The notes: generated by a model from the sequence alone, not told the origin. 64,000 nucleotides of DNA from Sphingomonadaceae bacterium (GCA_965284665.1 OZ260108.1:1450588-1514587), one strand, 5' to 3'. Positions 27,654 to 37,336 are shown, counted from the stretch's first letter. Numbers and translations: made by a program.

Positions 27654-30041
27654 TCAGAAGCTGAACCGGCCGGTCACACCCCAGTAGCGATCCGCATCGC
27701 GCGGGATCTGGTAGCGGTAGGAACCGCTGACGCCGCCGTTGATGATCGCCGCAGCATAGCCTTGGTCGAACAGGTTGCGAACCACGAAGGCCAGCTTCCA
27801 CTTGTCGTCCGGATCCACCAGCGCGATATTGGCGTTGACCAGCGCATAGGCCGGGATCGTGCCCAGGCGGCGCTGCACGGCGTCAGCCGCGAACAGCGAG
27901 AGCTGGCTCGACTGGAAGTTCATCGAAGCGCCCAGTGCGACATTGGCGAAGCCGCCGGTTTCGATGGTGTGATCCAGCGCCATCGAGCCCTTCCAGACCG
28001 GGGCATAGCCCAGCTTGGTACCGGCCGGGATCGAAGCCGCGCCCAGCGGAGCCTTGAAGTCCACGACGTGCGCGTCGTTGATCGACAGACCAGCGGTGAG
28101 GTTGGTGTTGCGGCCCAGGCGCCAGGCCAGGTCCATTTCGATGCCCTTGGTCGAGATCGTGCCCGCGTTGGTAAAGCGGGTCACCACCACGCCAGCCACC
28201 AGATCCGGGTTGTTGGCCTGGAAGTTCTTGTAGCGGGCATAATAGCCAGCGATGTTAAAGGTCAGCGCGCCGTCGAGCAGCGTGTTCTTCAGACCGATTT
28301 CGATCGAGTTCGAGGTTTCCGGCTCGATCACGTTGGTGCCGGTGCCGGTCAGGTTGAAGAAGACGTTATAAGCGGGCCCCTTGTAACCACGAGCATAGCT
28401 GACATAGGCCATGGTGTCTTCGTTCAGGTCGAACTGGAACGCGGCCTTGCCCGACAGGTTGTCGTTGCTGGTTTCAGACGTCCACGGAACCCCGTTCGAC
28501 AGTGCGGCAGCGGCAGTGGCGGCTGCGCCCGGCGCAGTGCCGAGGCCGACCAGACGGACGTATTCGTTATAGACGCCCTGGTCGAAGTTCGGCTGGATCC
28601 CCGGACCGGTCAGCGGCGAGCGGCGGCTGTGGAAGACCGACAGGTTGTCGTGCGTATAGCGCAGGCCAGCGATGAAGCGGGCTGTATCGGACAGCTTGTA
28701 GGTCGCCTGACCGAACAAGGCGATGTTCTTGAAGGTCGAACCGAAGGTGGCCGAACCCGACGGGGTGGTCGAAGGATTGGCGTTGGCGCTGCCGCAAGGA
28801 ATCAATACCCCGGTCGGTGCCGTAGCCGTGGCGGTGCACTGAATGACGTTGCGGGTGAAGGTCCGCTCGGATTCAGCACGCGAGTAAAACGCGCCAAGCA
28901 CATAGGACAGCGTCTGATCGGCGGGCGAGGTCAGGCGCAGTTCCTGCGTGAAGGTGTTCGAGGTCTGCGGGCCGCTGTCGTGCAGCTGGGCAAAGCCGAC
29001 ATAGGCGCGATCGAGCCAGTCACCGTCACGGATTTCCGTGTTGTCCCAGCCACGATAGGCGGTGATGCTGGTCACGGTGTGTTCGCCCAGTGCGAAGTCG
29101 CCCTGGAATGACACACCCCAGCCTTCTTCCTTGGTCGCAGTGACCAGGTTCTGCGCGACCGCGCGGGTGTTCTTGCCTGCGGGGGTAGGCAGAACGTTGA
29201 AGCCCAGGCTGGTGGTGTTGGCACCGGTCGCCGTCAGCGGGCCGCTGCCGATGATGTCAGCGCAGCAATCGTCGTCGTTCTTGTAGTAATCGGCGGCGAG
29301 GTAGAGGCGCAGATCGTCGCTCGGCTCGTACAGGAACTGGCCGCGAACGCCCCAGTGCTTGTAGCCGTTGACCCACTCGTTGGTGGTGGTGTTGCGGATG
29401 TTGCCATCATACTCGCCATAGAAGGCGGTCAGGCGGGCAGCGAGGTCCTGGCCCAGCGGCAGGTTGACCGCGCCCTTCAGGCGGAACTCGTTGCGATCAA
29501 AGTAGCTGGCTTCGAGATTGCCGCCGAATTCCATCTTCGGCATCTGGGTGGTGATGTTGATCACGCCGGCCGAGGCGTTCTTGCCGAACAGCGTGCCCTG
29601 GGGGCCGCGCAGCACTTCCATCTGGGCCACGTCGACCATGTCAGAGAAGGCTTCGCCCGAACGCGAATAGACCACGCCGTCAACCACGGTCGAGACCGAA
29701 GGCTCACCCGCAATCGAGAAGGTGGCGGTACCGACACCGCGCAGGAAGATCGTCTGGTTCAGCGTCGTGCCCGACTTCAGGAAGTTGAGCGAAGGCACCA
29801 TCTGGCTGGCGCTTTCGATCGAGGGGCGCGAGGCTTCAGCCAGGCGCTCGCCGCTGAGAACCGAGACCGCGACCGGCACGTCCTGCACGTTTTCCGAACG
29901 CTTCTGGGCGGTGACGACGATTTCGCCGGGGGCGTTCTCGTCTTCATTGGCCGTGTCCTGGGCATAGGCCGGACCAGCGAAAGCAACCAGGGCCAGCGCT
30001 GCCAGGGGCAGGGCCGACGAGGTGCGAAGCATCGACTTCAT
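27654..30041 (-). CDS. TonB-dependent receptor (candidate sulfoquinovose/sulfoquinovoside uptake)
   Basis: Signal peptide, EIVVTAQKR TonB-box region, EVLRGPQGTLFGKNASAG, terminal FSF. Confidence 0.95.
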   Translation of the reverse strand: MKSMLRTSSALPLAALALVAFAGPAYAQDTANEDENAPGEIVVTAQKRSENVQDVPVAVSVLSGERLAEASRPSIESASQMVPSLNFLKSGTTLNQTIFLRGVGTATFSIAGEPSVSTVVDGVVYSRSGEAFSDMVDVAQMEVLRGPQGTLFGKNASAGVINITTQMPKMEFGGNLEASYFDRNEFRLKGAVNLPLGQDLAARLTAFYGEYDGNIRNTTTNEWVNGYKHWGVRGQFLYEPSDDLRLYLAADYYKNDDDCCADIIGSGPLTATGANTTSLGFNVLPTPAGKNTRAVAQNLVTATKEEGWGVSFQGDFALGEHTVTSITAYRGWDNTEIRDGDWLDRAYVGFAQLHDSGPQTSNTFTQELRLTSPADQTLSYVLGAFYSRAESERTFTRNVIQCTATATAPTGVLIPCGSANANPSTTPSGSATFGSTFKNIALFGQATYKLSDTARFIAGLRYTHDNLSVFHSRRSPLTGPGIQPNFDQGVYNEYVRLVGLGTAPGAAATAAAALSNGVPWTSETSNDNLSGKAAFQFDLNEDTMAYVSYARGYKGPAYNVFFNLTGTGTNVIEPETSNSIEIGLKNTLLDGALTFNIAGYYARYKNFQANNPDLVAGVVVTRFTNAGTISTKGIEMDLAWRLGRNTNLTAGLSINDAHVVDFKAPLGAASIPAGTKLGYAPVWKGSMALDHTIETGGFANVALGASMNFQSSQLSLFAADAVQRRLGTIPAYALVNANIALVDPDDKWKLAFVVRNLFDQGYAAAIINGGVSGSYRYQIPRDADRYWGVTGRFSF

Positions 30042-30150
30042 GGATGTTCCTCCCTTGCACCGGGGGCATCCTGCCCCGCGGCGTAATTCTCCTCTGCCGG
30101 AGGGATTCCCCCTTCCGGTTGGTGCTTGAATTGCGGTGAGACGGTCGATA

Positions 30151-30210
30151 TGTCAAGCGGTGTCATACGGGACAGACGTGGATCGCAGGCCGCTTGTGAC
30201 ATTGTCGCAA
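30151..30210. promoter_or_regulatory. Divergent promoter with LacI-type operator candidates
   Basis: Minus-strand TGACACCGC-TTGACA (30151-30165); imperfect palindrome TTGTGACA-T-TGTCGCAA (30194-30210). Confidence 0.4.
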
Positions 30211-30234
30211 CAGCACGGACGAGAGGCTGGGGGA

Positions 30235-32232
30235 ATGGAGTTGGAAGCCGGGTTTTCGGCGGTTGACGGCGGTTTTGACCTGCACTTTGCAGGGCGGCTG
30301 GTGCTGCGCCACCGAGCCGAAACGCCGGTTCTCGACTCCGCCTGCGGCAATCCGACGGTCCTGATGTACCGGGGCAACTTCAAGATCGACGATGCGCCGG
30401 AAGGGCAGATCGCGCCGCGCGATTGTGCGGTTGAGGATGGCAGCGTCATGCTGTCGCATGATGGCACTCCCGTCGCCCGGCTGGAGCTGTCGGACAACCG
30501 CCTGACCGTCACCCTGCTGACCCCGGGGCATGACCGTATCCGCCTGCGCTGGCATGGCGAGTCGGGCGAGGCCGTGTGGGGCGGGGGTGAGCAGATGAGT
30601 TACCTTTCGCTCTGTGGCCGATCCTTCCCGATGTGGACCAGCGAGCCCGGCGTTGGCCGCGACAAGTCGACCGAGCTGACCCGGAAAATGGACCTCGATG
30701 GCATGGCCGGGGGCGATTACTATCACACCAATTACCCGCAGCCGACGATCCTGACCTCACGCTGGCTGGCGCTGCATCTCGATGCCGCCTGCTACAGCGT
30801 GATCGACTGCACCGATGCGGCCCATCACGCTTTTGAAGTGTGGAGCAGCACGGCCAGCTTCGAACTCTATGCCGCTGATGGCCCGCTTGATCTGGTCGGC
30901 CAGCTCTCCACCCGCTTTGGCCGCCAGCCGCCATTGCCCAACTGGGCGATCGGCGGGGCGATCGTTGGCCTGAAGGACGGGACCCGCAGCTTCGAGCGGC
31001 TCGAAGGCTTTATCAAGGCCGGCACCGCCGTCTCAGGCCTGTGGTGCGAGGACTGGGCCGGGATCCGCGAGACCAGCTTCGGCCGCCGCCTGTTCTGGGA
31101 CTGGCGGCGCGACAACCAGCGCTATGCCGACCTGCCGCAGCGGATTGCCGCGCTTCAGGCGCGCGGCATCCGCTTCCTGGCCTATGCCAACCCCTATCTG
31201 TGCAACGACGGCATCCTCTATGAAGAGGCGTTGGAAGGCGGGCATTTCTGCCTGAAGCCCGATAGCGACGAAGTCTATCTGGTCGACTTCGGTGAGTTCG
31301 ACTGCGGGGTGCTCGATTTCACCCGCAAGGCAACCCGTGACTGGTTCGCCGAAAAGGTGCTGGGCCGGGAAATGCTCGATATCGGTATCTCGGGCTGGAT
31401 GGCCGATTTCGGGGAATACCTGCCGACCGACGTGCGGCTGGCCGATGGCTCCGACCCGATGGAAGCGCACAACCGCTGGCCGGTGCTATGGGCCGAGGTC
31501 AATGCCCAGGCGGTCGCGAGCCGCGACAAGACCGGCGATGCCGTGTTTTTCATGCGCGCCGGTTTTTCGGGCGTGCAGGGCCATTGCCCACTGCTCTGGG
31601 CCGGGGACCAGTCGGTCGATTTCACCCGGCATGACGGGATCGGCACGGTCATCACCGCCGCCCTGTCAGCCGGGCTGGTCGGCAATGCCTACAGCCATTC
31701 GGACTGCGGCGGCTACACTTCGATCCTCGGCAATGTCCGCACGGTCGAGCTGATGGAGCGGTGGTGCGAGCTCTCCGCCTTCGCCCCGGTCATGCGCAGC
31801 CACGAGGGCAACCGGCCGGATGACAACCTGCAGTATGACTCGACGCCCGAACTGCTGGCCTGCTTTGCGCGCTGGAGCCGGGTCCACGCGCACCTGGCGC
31901 CCTATGTCCGCCACCTTTGCGACGAGGCGGCCGAACTTGGCCTGCCCGCGCAGCGCCCAATGTTCCTGCACAATGCCGACGATGCCAGCCTCTACGCGGT
32001 GCAGGACCAGTATCTCTACGGCGCCGACCTGGTTGTCGCCCCGGTGATCGAAGACGGCGCGCGCGAGCGCGAGGTGATCCTGCCGGGGGCAGGCGAGTGG
32101 GTCCACGCCTTCACTGGTGAGGCCTTTGCGGCCGGCACCCATATGGTCGCCGCGCCGATCGGCAGCCCGCCGGTTTTCTATTCTGCGCAAAGCAGTTACG
32201 CTGAACTCTTTGCAGGATTGCGTAGCTTATGA
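30235..32232 (+). CDS. yihQ: GH31 sulfoquinovosidase
   Basis: GWMADFGEY nucleophile; sulfonate-binding KERWY pattern (GLKDG, WCEDW, GRRLFW, DCGGY); MRSHEGNRP. Confidence 0.9.
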   Translation: MELEAGFSAVDGGFDLHFAGRLVLRHRAETPVLDSACGNPTVLMYRGNFKIDDAPEGQIAPRDCAVEDGSVMLSHDGTPVARLELSDNRLTVTLLTPGHDRIRLRWHGESGEAVWGGGEQMSYLSLCGRSFPMWTSEPGVGRDKSTELTRKMDLDGMAGGDYYHTNYPQPTILTSRWLALHLDAACYSVIDCTDAAHHAFEVWSSTASFELYAADGPLDLVGQLSTRFGRQPPLPNWAIGGAIVGLKDGTRSFERLEGFIKAGTAVSGLWCEDWAGIRETSFGRRLFWDWRRDNQRYADLPQRIAALQARGIRFLAYANPYLCNDGILYEEALEGGHFCLKPDSDEVYLVDFGEFDCGVLDFTRKATRDWFAEKVLGREMLDIGISGWMADFGEYLPTDVRLADGSDPMEAHNRWPVLWAEVNAQAVASRDKTGDAVFFMRAGFSGVQGHCPLLWAGDQSVDFTRHDGIGTVITAALSAGLVGNAYSHSDCGGYTSILGNVRTVELMERWCELSAFAPVMRSHEGNRPDDNLQYDSTPELLACFARWSRVHAHLAPYVRHLCDEAAELGLPAQRPMFLHNADDASLYAVQDQYLYGADLVVAPVIEDGAREREVILPGAGEWVHAFTGEAFAAGTHMVAAPIGSPPVFYSAQSSYAELFAGLRSL

Positions 32233-33242
32233 GCGAGCGTTCCAATATCCGCGATGTCGCCGCGCGGGCCGGGGTTGCGGTGAAGACCGTCAGCCGCGTG
32301 CTCAACGGCCATCCCTATGTCTCGGCCGATACCAAGGCGCGGGTCGAAGAGGCGATGAAGGCGCTCGACTTCCGTCCTTCCGTTGCGGCGCGGATCCTCT
32401 CGGGCGCGAAGAGCAACCAGGTCGCGCTGATCTATGACAATCACAGCCCCTATTACATGTTCCAGATCCAGACCGGCTGCTGGGACGTCTGCCGCGCCAA
32501 GGGCATTCGTCTGCTGGCCCAGCCGGTCGATGTCGCGGATCCCGATGTTGGCGATCAGGTGCGCGGCCTCGTTACCGAAACCCAGGTCGACGGGATCATC
32601 CTGTCATCGCCGGTGACCGATTGCGAGCCGGTGCTGCGCGCGCTGGAGGCGATGGACATTCCCTTTGTGCGCATCTCGCCCGGCACCAATCACGCGCTGA
32701 CCAGTTCGGTCTTCATGGACGACGCCCAGGCGGCCGATGACATGACGACCCACCTGATCAACGCCGGCCACCGCCGGATCGGGTTCATCAAGGGCCACCC
32801 CAACCACAAGGGATCGGAAGACCGTCTGGCCGGCTATCGCCGCGCGCTTGACCGGGCCGGGATCGCCTTCGATTCCGCGCTGGTCTGCGATGGCGAGTTC
32901 GATTTCGATTCCGGCGTGCGCGGCGCGGGCCACCTGCTCGACCTGCCTGAGCCGCCGACCGCGATCTTCGCCTCGAACGACGATATGGCCGCCGGGGTCC
33001 TCGCCGTCGCGCACGATCGCAACATCGATCTGCCGGGTGAACTGTCGGTCGCCGGGTTCGACGATACCACGCTGGCCCGCACCGTCTGGCCGCCGCTAAC
33101 CACGATCCACCAGCCGATGGCCGAACTGGCCCAGACGGCCGCCGAAATCCTCATCGAAGGGGGCGACATCACCCATCGCCGCCTGCCGCACCAACTCATC
33201 GAGCGCGCATCGGTCGCGCCGCCATACAGGAAGATATCATGA
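32229..33242 (+). CDS. LacI family transcriptional regulator
   Basis: IRDVAARAGVAVKTVSRVLN, IFASNDDMAAG, SVAGFDD, PLTTIHQP. Confidence 0.95.
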   Translation: MSERSNIRDVAARAGVAVKTVSRVLNGHPYVSADTKARVEEAMKALDFRPSVAARILSGAKSNQVALIYDNHSPYYMFQIQTGCWDVCRAKGIRLLAQPVDVADPDVGDQVRGLVTETQVDGIILSSPVTDCEPVLRALEAMDIPFVRISPGTNHALTSSVFMDDAQAADDMTTHLINAGHRRIGFIKGHPNHKGSEDRLAGYRRALDRAGIAFDSALVCDGEFDFDSGVRGAGHLLDLPEPPTAIFASNDDMAAGVLAVAHDRNIDLPGELSVAGFDDTTLARTVWPPLTTIHQPMAELAQTAAEILIEGGDITHRRLPHQLIERASVAPPYRKIS

Positions 33243-34153
33243 GCGAATTGCCTCTCCCGCCCGCCGCCCGCCAGCTTGGCACCAGCGGGATCGAAGTCTC
33301 CCCGATCGCCTGGGGCATGTGGCGCCTGGCCGAGAATGGGCGTAGCGCTGCCGATGCCGCCAAGCTGGTCCATGCCGCGCTCGATGCCGGGATCACCTTT
33401 CTCGACACGGCTGACATCTATGGCTTCAACGGCAGCGGCGGGTTCGGCGATGCCGAGGCGCTGCTGGGCGAAGTTCTGGCCGCCGAACCGGGCCTGCGCG
33501 GCCGCATGGTGCTGGCCACCAAGGGCGGGATCATGCCGCCGCTGCCCTATGACCAGAGCGCGGACTACCTGCGCGCGGCGATCGATGCTTCGCTGGCCCG
33601 GCTTAAGACCGACAGCGTCGAGCTGTGGCAGGTCCATCGGCCGGATATCCTCGCTCACCCGCAGGAAGTCGCCCGCGTGCTGGATGATGCCGTGGCGGCC
33701 GGCAAGATCCGCACCCTCGGCGTCTCCAACTTCACCCAGGCCCAGACTGCCGCGCTCAACCACTTCCTCGGCCACAAGCTGGTTTCGACCCAGCCCGAGA
33801 TCAGCCCGCTGCGGATCGACTGTTTCGAGAATGGCGAGCTGGATCAGGCGATGATGCTGGGCCTGACCCCGCTGGCCTGGTCGCCGCTCGGCGGCGGACG
33901 CCTCGCCAAGCCGGAAAGCGCGCGCGATCACGCGATCTGCGCCGCGCTCGACAAGGTGGCGGGCGAGGCCGGCGTCTCGCGCTCGGTCGCGGCCTATTCG
34001 TGGCTGATGGCGCACCCGGCCGGGATTATCCCGATCATCGGCTCGCAGCAGGCAGAGCGGATTGCCGAAGGCGCCGCCGCGCTGACGGTACACTGGACCC
34101 GGACCGACTGGTACGCCGTACTGGTCGCCGCGCGCGGCGTGCCGCTGCCTTGA
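33239..34153 (+). CDS. smoB: Aldo-keto reductase, probable 6-oxo(dehydro)-glucose reductase
   Basis: DTADIYG, LATKGG, QVHRPD, GVSNF, WSPLGGG; sits between the SQase and the SQ monooxygenase. Confidence 0.78.
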   Translation: MSELPLPPAARQLGTSGIEVSPIAWGMWRLAENGRSAADAAKLVHAALDAGITFLDTADIYGFNGSGGFGDAEALLGEVLAAEPGLRGRMVLATKGGIMPPLPYDQSADYLRAAIDASLARLKTDSVELWQVHRPDILAHPQEVARVLDDAVAAGKIRTLGVSNFTQAQTAALNHFLGHKLVSTQPEISPLRIDCFENGELDQAMMLGLTPLAWSPLGGGRLAKPESARDHAICAALDKVAGEAGVSRSVAAYSWLMAHPAGIIPIIGSQQAERIAEGAAALTVHWTRTDWYAVLVAARGVPLP

Positions 34154-34225
34154 GCTGAATCAAGGCGGGCCGGGGCGCAATCGTCCAGAGGCCCGCCTCA
34201 AGACTGACCTGACGGAGAGACTGCC

Positions 34226-35317
34226 ATGACCGCCCACAACCCGCCCGAAATCGCCTGGTTCTCGGCCCTGTGCGATGACGATTACGAGTTCCTCGGCGTC
34301 CCCGATCAGTACCTCAAATCGAGCTGGGAGCATTGCCGCAACATCGTGCTGCGCGCCGAAGAGGGCGGGTTTGACAATATCCTGCTGCCCTCGGGCTATG
34401 AGCTGGGGGTCGATGCCACAGCCTTCGCCGCCGCCGTCGCCACCCAGGTCAAGCGGATCAAGCTGCTCTGGGCGACCCGCATGGGTGAGGACTGGCCGCC
34501 GCAGCTGGCCCGCCGCATCGCCACGATCGATCGCATCCTGGGCCCCAACGCCGCCGGTACGGGCGGGCGCCTTAACGTCAACATCATCTCCTCGCCCATG
34601 CCGGGCGAGACGATGGACAGCGCCCCGCGCTACCGCCGCGGGACCGAGGTGATGAAGATCATCCGCACGCTGCTCAATGGCGAGCACCTCGATTTCCAGG
34701 GCGAGTTCTACCAGCTCAAGCTCGATCCGGCGCGGATCAGCACGATCTCGGGCAAGTGCCCCAATCTCTACTTCGGCGGCCTCAGCCACGAAGCGCGCGA
34801 ATGCGCCGCCGAAGCGGCCGACGTCTACCTGATGTGGCCCGACAAGATGGAGAACGTCCGCGAGGTCGTCACCGACATGAAGGCCCGCGCCGCCGCAAAG
34901 GGCCGCACCCTCAAGTTCGGCTACCGCGCCCACGTGATCGTGCGCGAGACCGAGGACGAGGCCCGCCAATATGCCGACCGGCTGCTGTCCAAGCTGGATG
35001 ATGAAATGGGCCGCGCGATCCGCGAAAAGAGCCTCGATGCCAACAACTACGGCGTCCAGCGCCAGCAGGAACTGCGCAGCGCCGCCGATGGCGACGGCTT
35101 TGTCGAGGAGAACCTGTGGACCGGCATCGGCCGCGCCCGCTCCGGCTGCGGCGCGGCGATCGTCGGCAACCCGGACCAGGTAATCGCCAAGCTGCGCGCC
35201 TACCAGGACGCAGGGATGGAAGCCTTCATCCTCTCCGGCTACCCGCACATGCAGGAATGCGACATGTTCGCGCGCTATGTGCTGCCGCAGATCCAACACG
35301 CGCCGATCGCGGGGTAG
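34226..35317 (+). CDS. smoC: LLM-class flavin-dependent sulfoquinovose monooxygenase (SsuD-like)
   Basis: WFSALCDDDY.FLGVPD, SSWEHC, NIISS, YFGGLS, AFILSGYPH; recalled resemblance to Agrobacterium SmoC plus context. Confidence 0.82.
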   Translation: MTAHNPPEIAWFSALCDDDYEFLGVPDQYLKSSWEHCRNIVLRAEEGGFDNILLPSGYELGVDATAFAAAVATQVKRIKLLWATRMGEDWPPQLARRIATIDRILGPNAAGTGGRLNVNIISSPMPGETMDSAPRYRRGTEVMKIIRTLLNGEHLDFQGEFYQLKLDPARISTISGKCPNLYFGGLSHEARECAAEAADVYLMWPDKMENVREVVTDMKARAAAKGRTLKFGYRAHVIVRETEDEARQYADRLLSKLDDEMGRAIREKSLDANNYGVQRQQELRSAADGDGFVEENLWTGIGRARSGCGAAIVGNPDQVIAKLRAYQDAGMEAFILSGYPHMQECDMFARYVLPQIQHAPIAG

Positions 35318-35348
35318 GGGGAGCAAGAAACCTTCGCAAAACCCTCAA

Positions 35349-35668
35349 TGTCACCCCGGACCTGTTCCGGGGCGATGCTGCCTTTCTGCGATCTGGAAGA
35401 AGCAAAGCCTTGGCCCGGAACAGGTCCGGGCTGACAGCATGAGGTGGCTTGTCACCCCGGACTCCGTCAGCCCTGAAACTATCACCGCCACCCAGAACCC
35501 AATACCGTCACCCCGGACTTGATCCGGGGTCCCAACAGCGAGCAGGCCCGGCAGCAGCAGGCCGAGCGCCGCTTCGCAGTCCTCGCGCCGGTCTGGTCAG
35601 CGCCGAGTGGGTGGCAGACTGGACCCTGGAACGATAGTCACCACGGGTGAAACAAGTTCAGGGTGACG
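35349..35668. repeat. Cluster of CGTC/TGTC-type REP palindromes, including truncated and interrupted copies
   Basis: TGTCACCCCGGACCTGTTCCGGGG / GCCCGGAACAGGTCCGGGCTGACA (35349-35436); partial copy 35450-35463; CGTCACCCCGGACTTGATCCGGGGTCC (35506-35532) paired with GGACCCT[21-nt insert]GAAACAAGTTCAGGGTGACG (35621-35668). Confidence 0.85.
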
Positions 35669-35932
35669 AGGCGCGAGGGGGGAAGGGGCGCGCATTTTCC
35701 TACATCGCCGCCATCCGCTACATTCGCGGCGGCTCTTTCTTATCGTCGGGTGCAGCAGGCGTCGTTGGTGCGGGCGGAATTTTTTTCGTCCCAGCGCGCG
35801 CATAGGCCTGTTTTACGGATAACCAGCTGAAACCAAACGGAAAAGCAATGTTGGAAGAAGCGGACTCGGTGTCAACTGTGTCAACCTGAGCGTAACGCTG
35901 CCCGGTCGGCGGGGTCTGGCCCCTGATCTGGC

Positions 35933-37336
35933 CTAGCCCCTGATCTGGTATGCCACCTCGAAATCGCCCCAGCGGCGGCCCTGGACCACGACGGGGGAGT
36001 AGACGTTGCGGACGGTGATGTAGTTGGTGCCGTCGCCTTCCTGGCGGTAGACCGACATGAAGAACGGGGCCTGGCTGGCCTTGGCGGCCTTGTCGACGTC
36101 ATCGAGCAGGATGCGGCCGTTGCGGCAGTACTTGGTGTCGTGGGCCAGCTCGCCGATCGGGGCGCGCGAGTGTTCGGTGACATGGGTCGGCAGGAAGCCG
36201 TTCATGTCGGCGGCGCTGCACATGATGACGCTGGCGTGGGTCACGCGCAGGCGATCGAACAGCGGGCGCCAGTTGGCATCGGCCCAGTCGCTGAGGCCGG
36301 TGCGGTACAGCTCCGGGTTGGTGCCGGGGACGAGGCGGTAATTGGTGTCGAACAGCTGGTCGATCCGCAGTTCGCCGCTGGCCAGCGCCGCTTCGGTCAC
36401 GGCGACGAGCTCGTCGCGGAAGGAGGCTGCAAGCTCGACGATCTCGGTATCGCGGGGCGAAACGCCGGCGCTGATGACGGCGTTGAACAGGCTGTTGGAG
36501 GTGGTCTCCATGGTCAGGATGTTGCCGCGAGTGGCATCGAGCAGCACGGCATTGTCGCGGACCGAGCCGATGACAGTGTCGAGCGCCTCGCGTACGGCGA
36601 CGCCCTTGGCGTGGACTTCGGCGGAGTGGCGGGCAACCCGCTCGCCGGTCTCGTCCAGCTGGGAGACCAGCCGGGTGGTTTCGGCGAGGACGTCGGTGAC
36701 GGTTTCGAGCCGTTCCTCGGCCTTGCTTGACTGGTCGACGCCGGACTGGATCTCGGTGACGAGGCCGGCGGCTTCATCGACCAGCTTGCCGACGGCCTGG
36801 CGGATCTCCTCGGCCGCGGCGGAGGTGTTCTGGGCGAGCTTCTTCACCTCGCTCGCCACCACGGCGAAGGTCTTGCCGGCCTCACCGGCGCGGGCGGCCT
36901 CGATCGTGGCGTTGAGCGCGAGCATGTTGGTGGTGCGGGCGATGGTCTCGATCCCCTTCGAGACCTGCTGGACCTGCTCCATCACGGTCGCGAAATTGGT
37001 GACGTGGAGGCCGAGCCGCGAGATCAGGTTGATGATCGAGCGGAACTCGACCACGGCGGCGCCGACCCGCTCGGTGCCCTTGCCCAGCCGGTCATAGGCC
37101 TGGGCCGAGAGCAGCTTCGCCTCGTCGGCGGATTCGGCGATGTGGCGCTGGTCGAGTTCGAGCGCGCCGGCAATCTCGTCGAGCTCGGCGAGGTCGGAGA
37201 TCTGGCGCTGCATCTGGTCGGTGGCGCGCTCAATCTGGCCGGCAGCTTCGGTGCAGCCAACGGCGAGCTCACCGCAATGGGTGGCGGCGGACTGGTCAAG
37301 GAGGGGAAGTCCGGCGGGAATGGGTTCGACGTACAT
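35933..37336 (-). CDS. Cytoplasmic methyl-accepting chemotaxis protein with C-terminal sensor-like domain
   Basis: [37 protein letters not shown] hairpin; no TM segments; C-terminal GFLPTH...RNGRI...WGDFEVAY domain. Confidence 0.92.
   Translation of the reverse strand: MYVEPIPAGLPLLDQSAATHCGELAVGCTEAAGQIERATDQMQRQISDLAELDEIAGALELDQRHIAESADEAKLLSAQAYDRLGKGTERVGAAVVEFRSIINLISRLGLHVTNFATVMEQVQQVSKGIETIARTTNMLALNATIEAARAGEAGKTFAVVASEVKKLAQNTSAAAEEIRQAVGKLVDEAAGLVTEIQSGVDQSSKAEERLETVTDVLAETTRLVSQLDETGERVARHSAEVHAKGVAVREALDTVIGSVRDNAVLLDATRGNILTMETTSNSLFNAVISAGVSPRDTEIVELAASFRDELVAVTEAALASGELRIDQLFDTNYRLVPGTNPELYRTGLSDWADANWRPLFDRLRVTHASVIMCSAADMNGFLPTHVTEHSRAPIGELAHDTKYCRNGRILLDDVDKAAKASQAPFFMSVYRQEGDGTNYITVRNVYSPVVVQGRRWGDFEVAYQIRG

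Noticed and set aside
21322-29111. Long antisense/shadow ORFs (e.g. 21322-22179, 27762-29111; also 52176-53609, 54169-55878)
   Set aside because: They overlap well-supported genes on the opposite strand; expected from stop-codon scarcity in high-GC DNA.
30042-30234. Cobalamin or TPP riboswitch before the TonB receptors (also 47589-47809)
   Set aside because: Conserved riboswitch cores (e.g. GGGAA...GCCACTG, CUGAGA) were not found.
34163-34198. Hairpin AGGCGGGCC/GGCCCGCCT between smoB and smoC as an ncRNA
   Set aside because: Short intra-operon stem, most simply an mRNA stability or attenuation element.
13397-35668. CRISPR array from the palindromic repeats
   Set aside because: At most two units per site, in inverted rather than direct orientation, no regular spacing and no cas genes; they fit CGTC-type REPs.
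35597-35803. 68-aa ORF in the REP region
   Set aside because: Contains RHPELVS, which is simply the translated REP; no RBS or coding signal.
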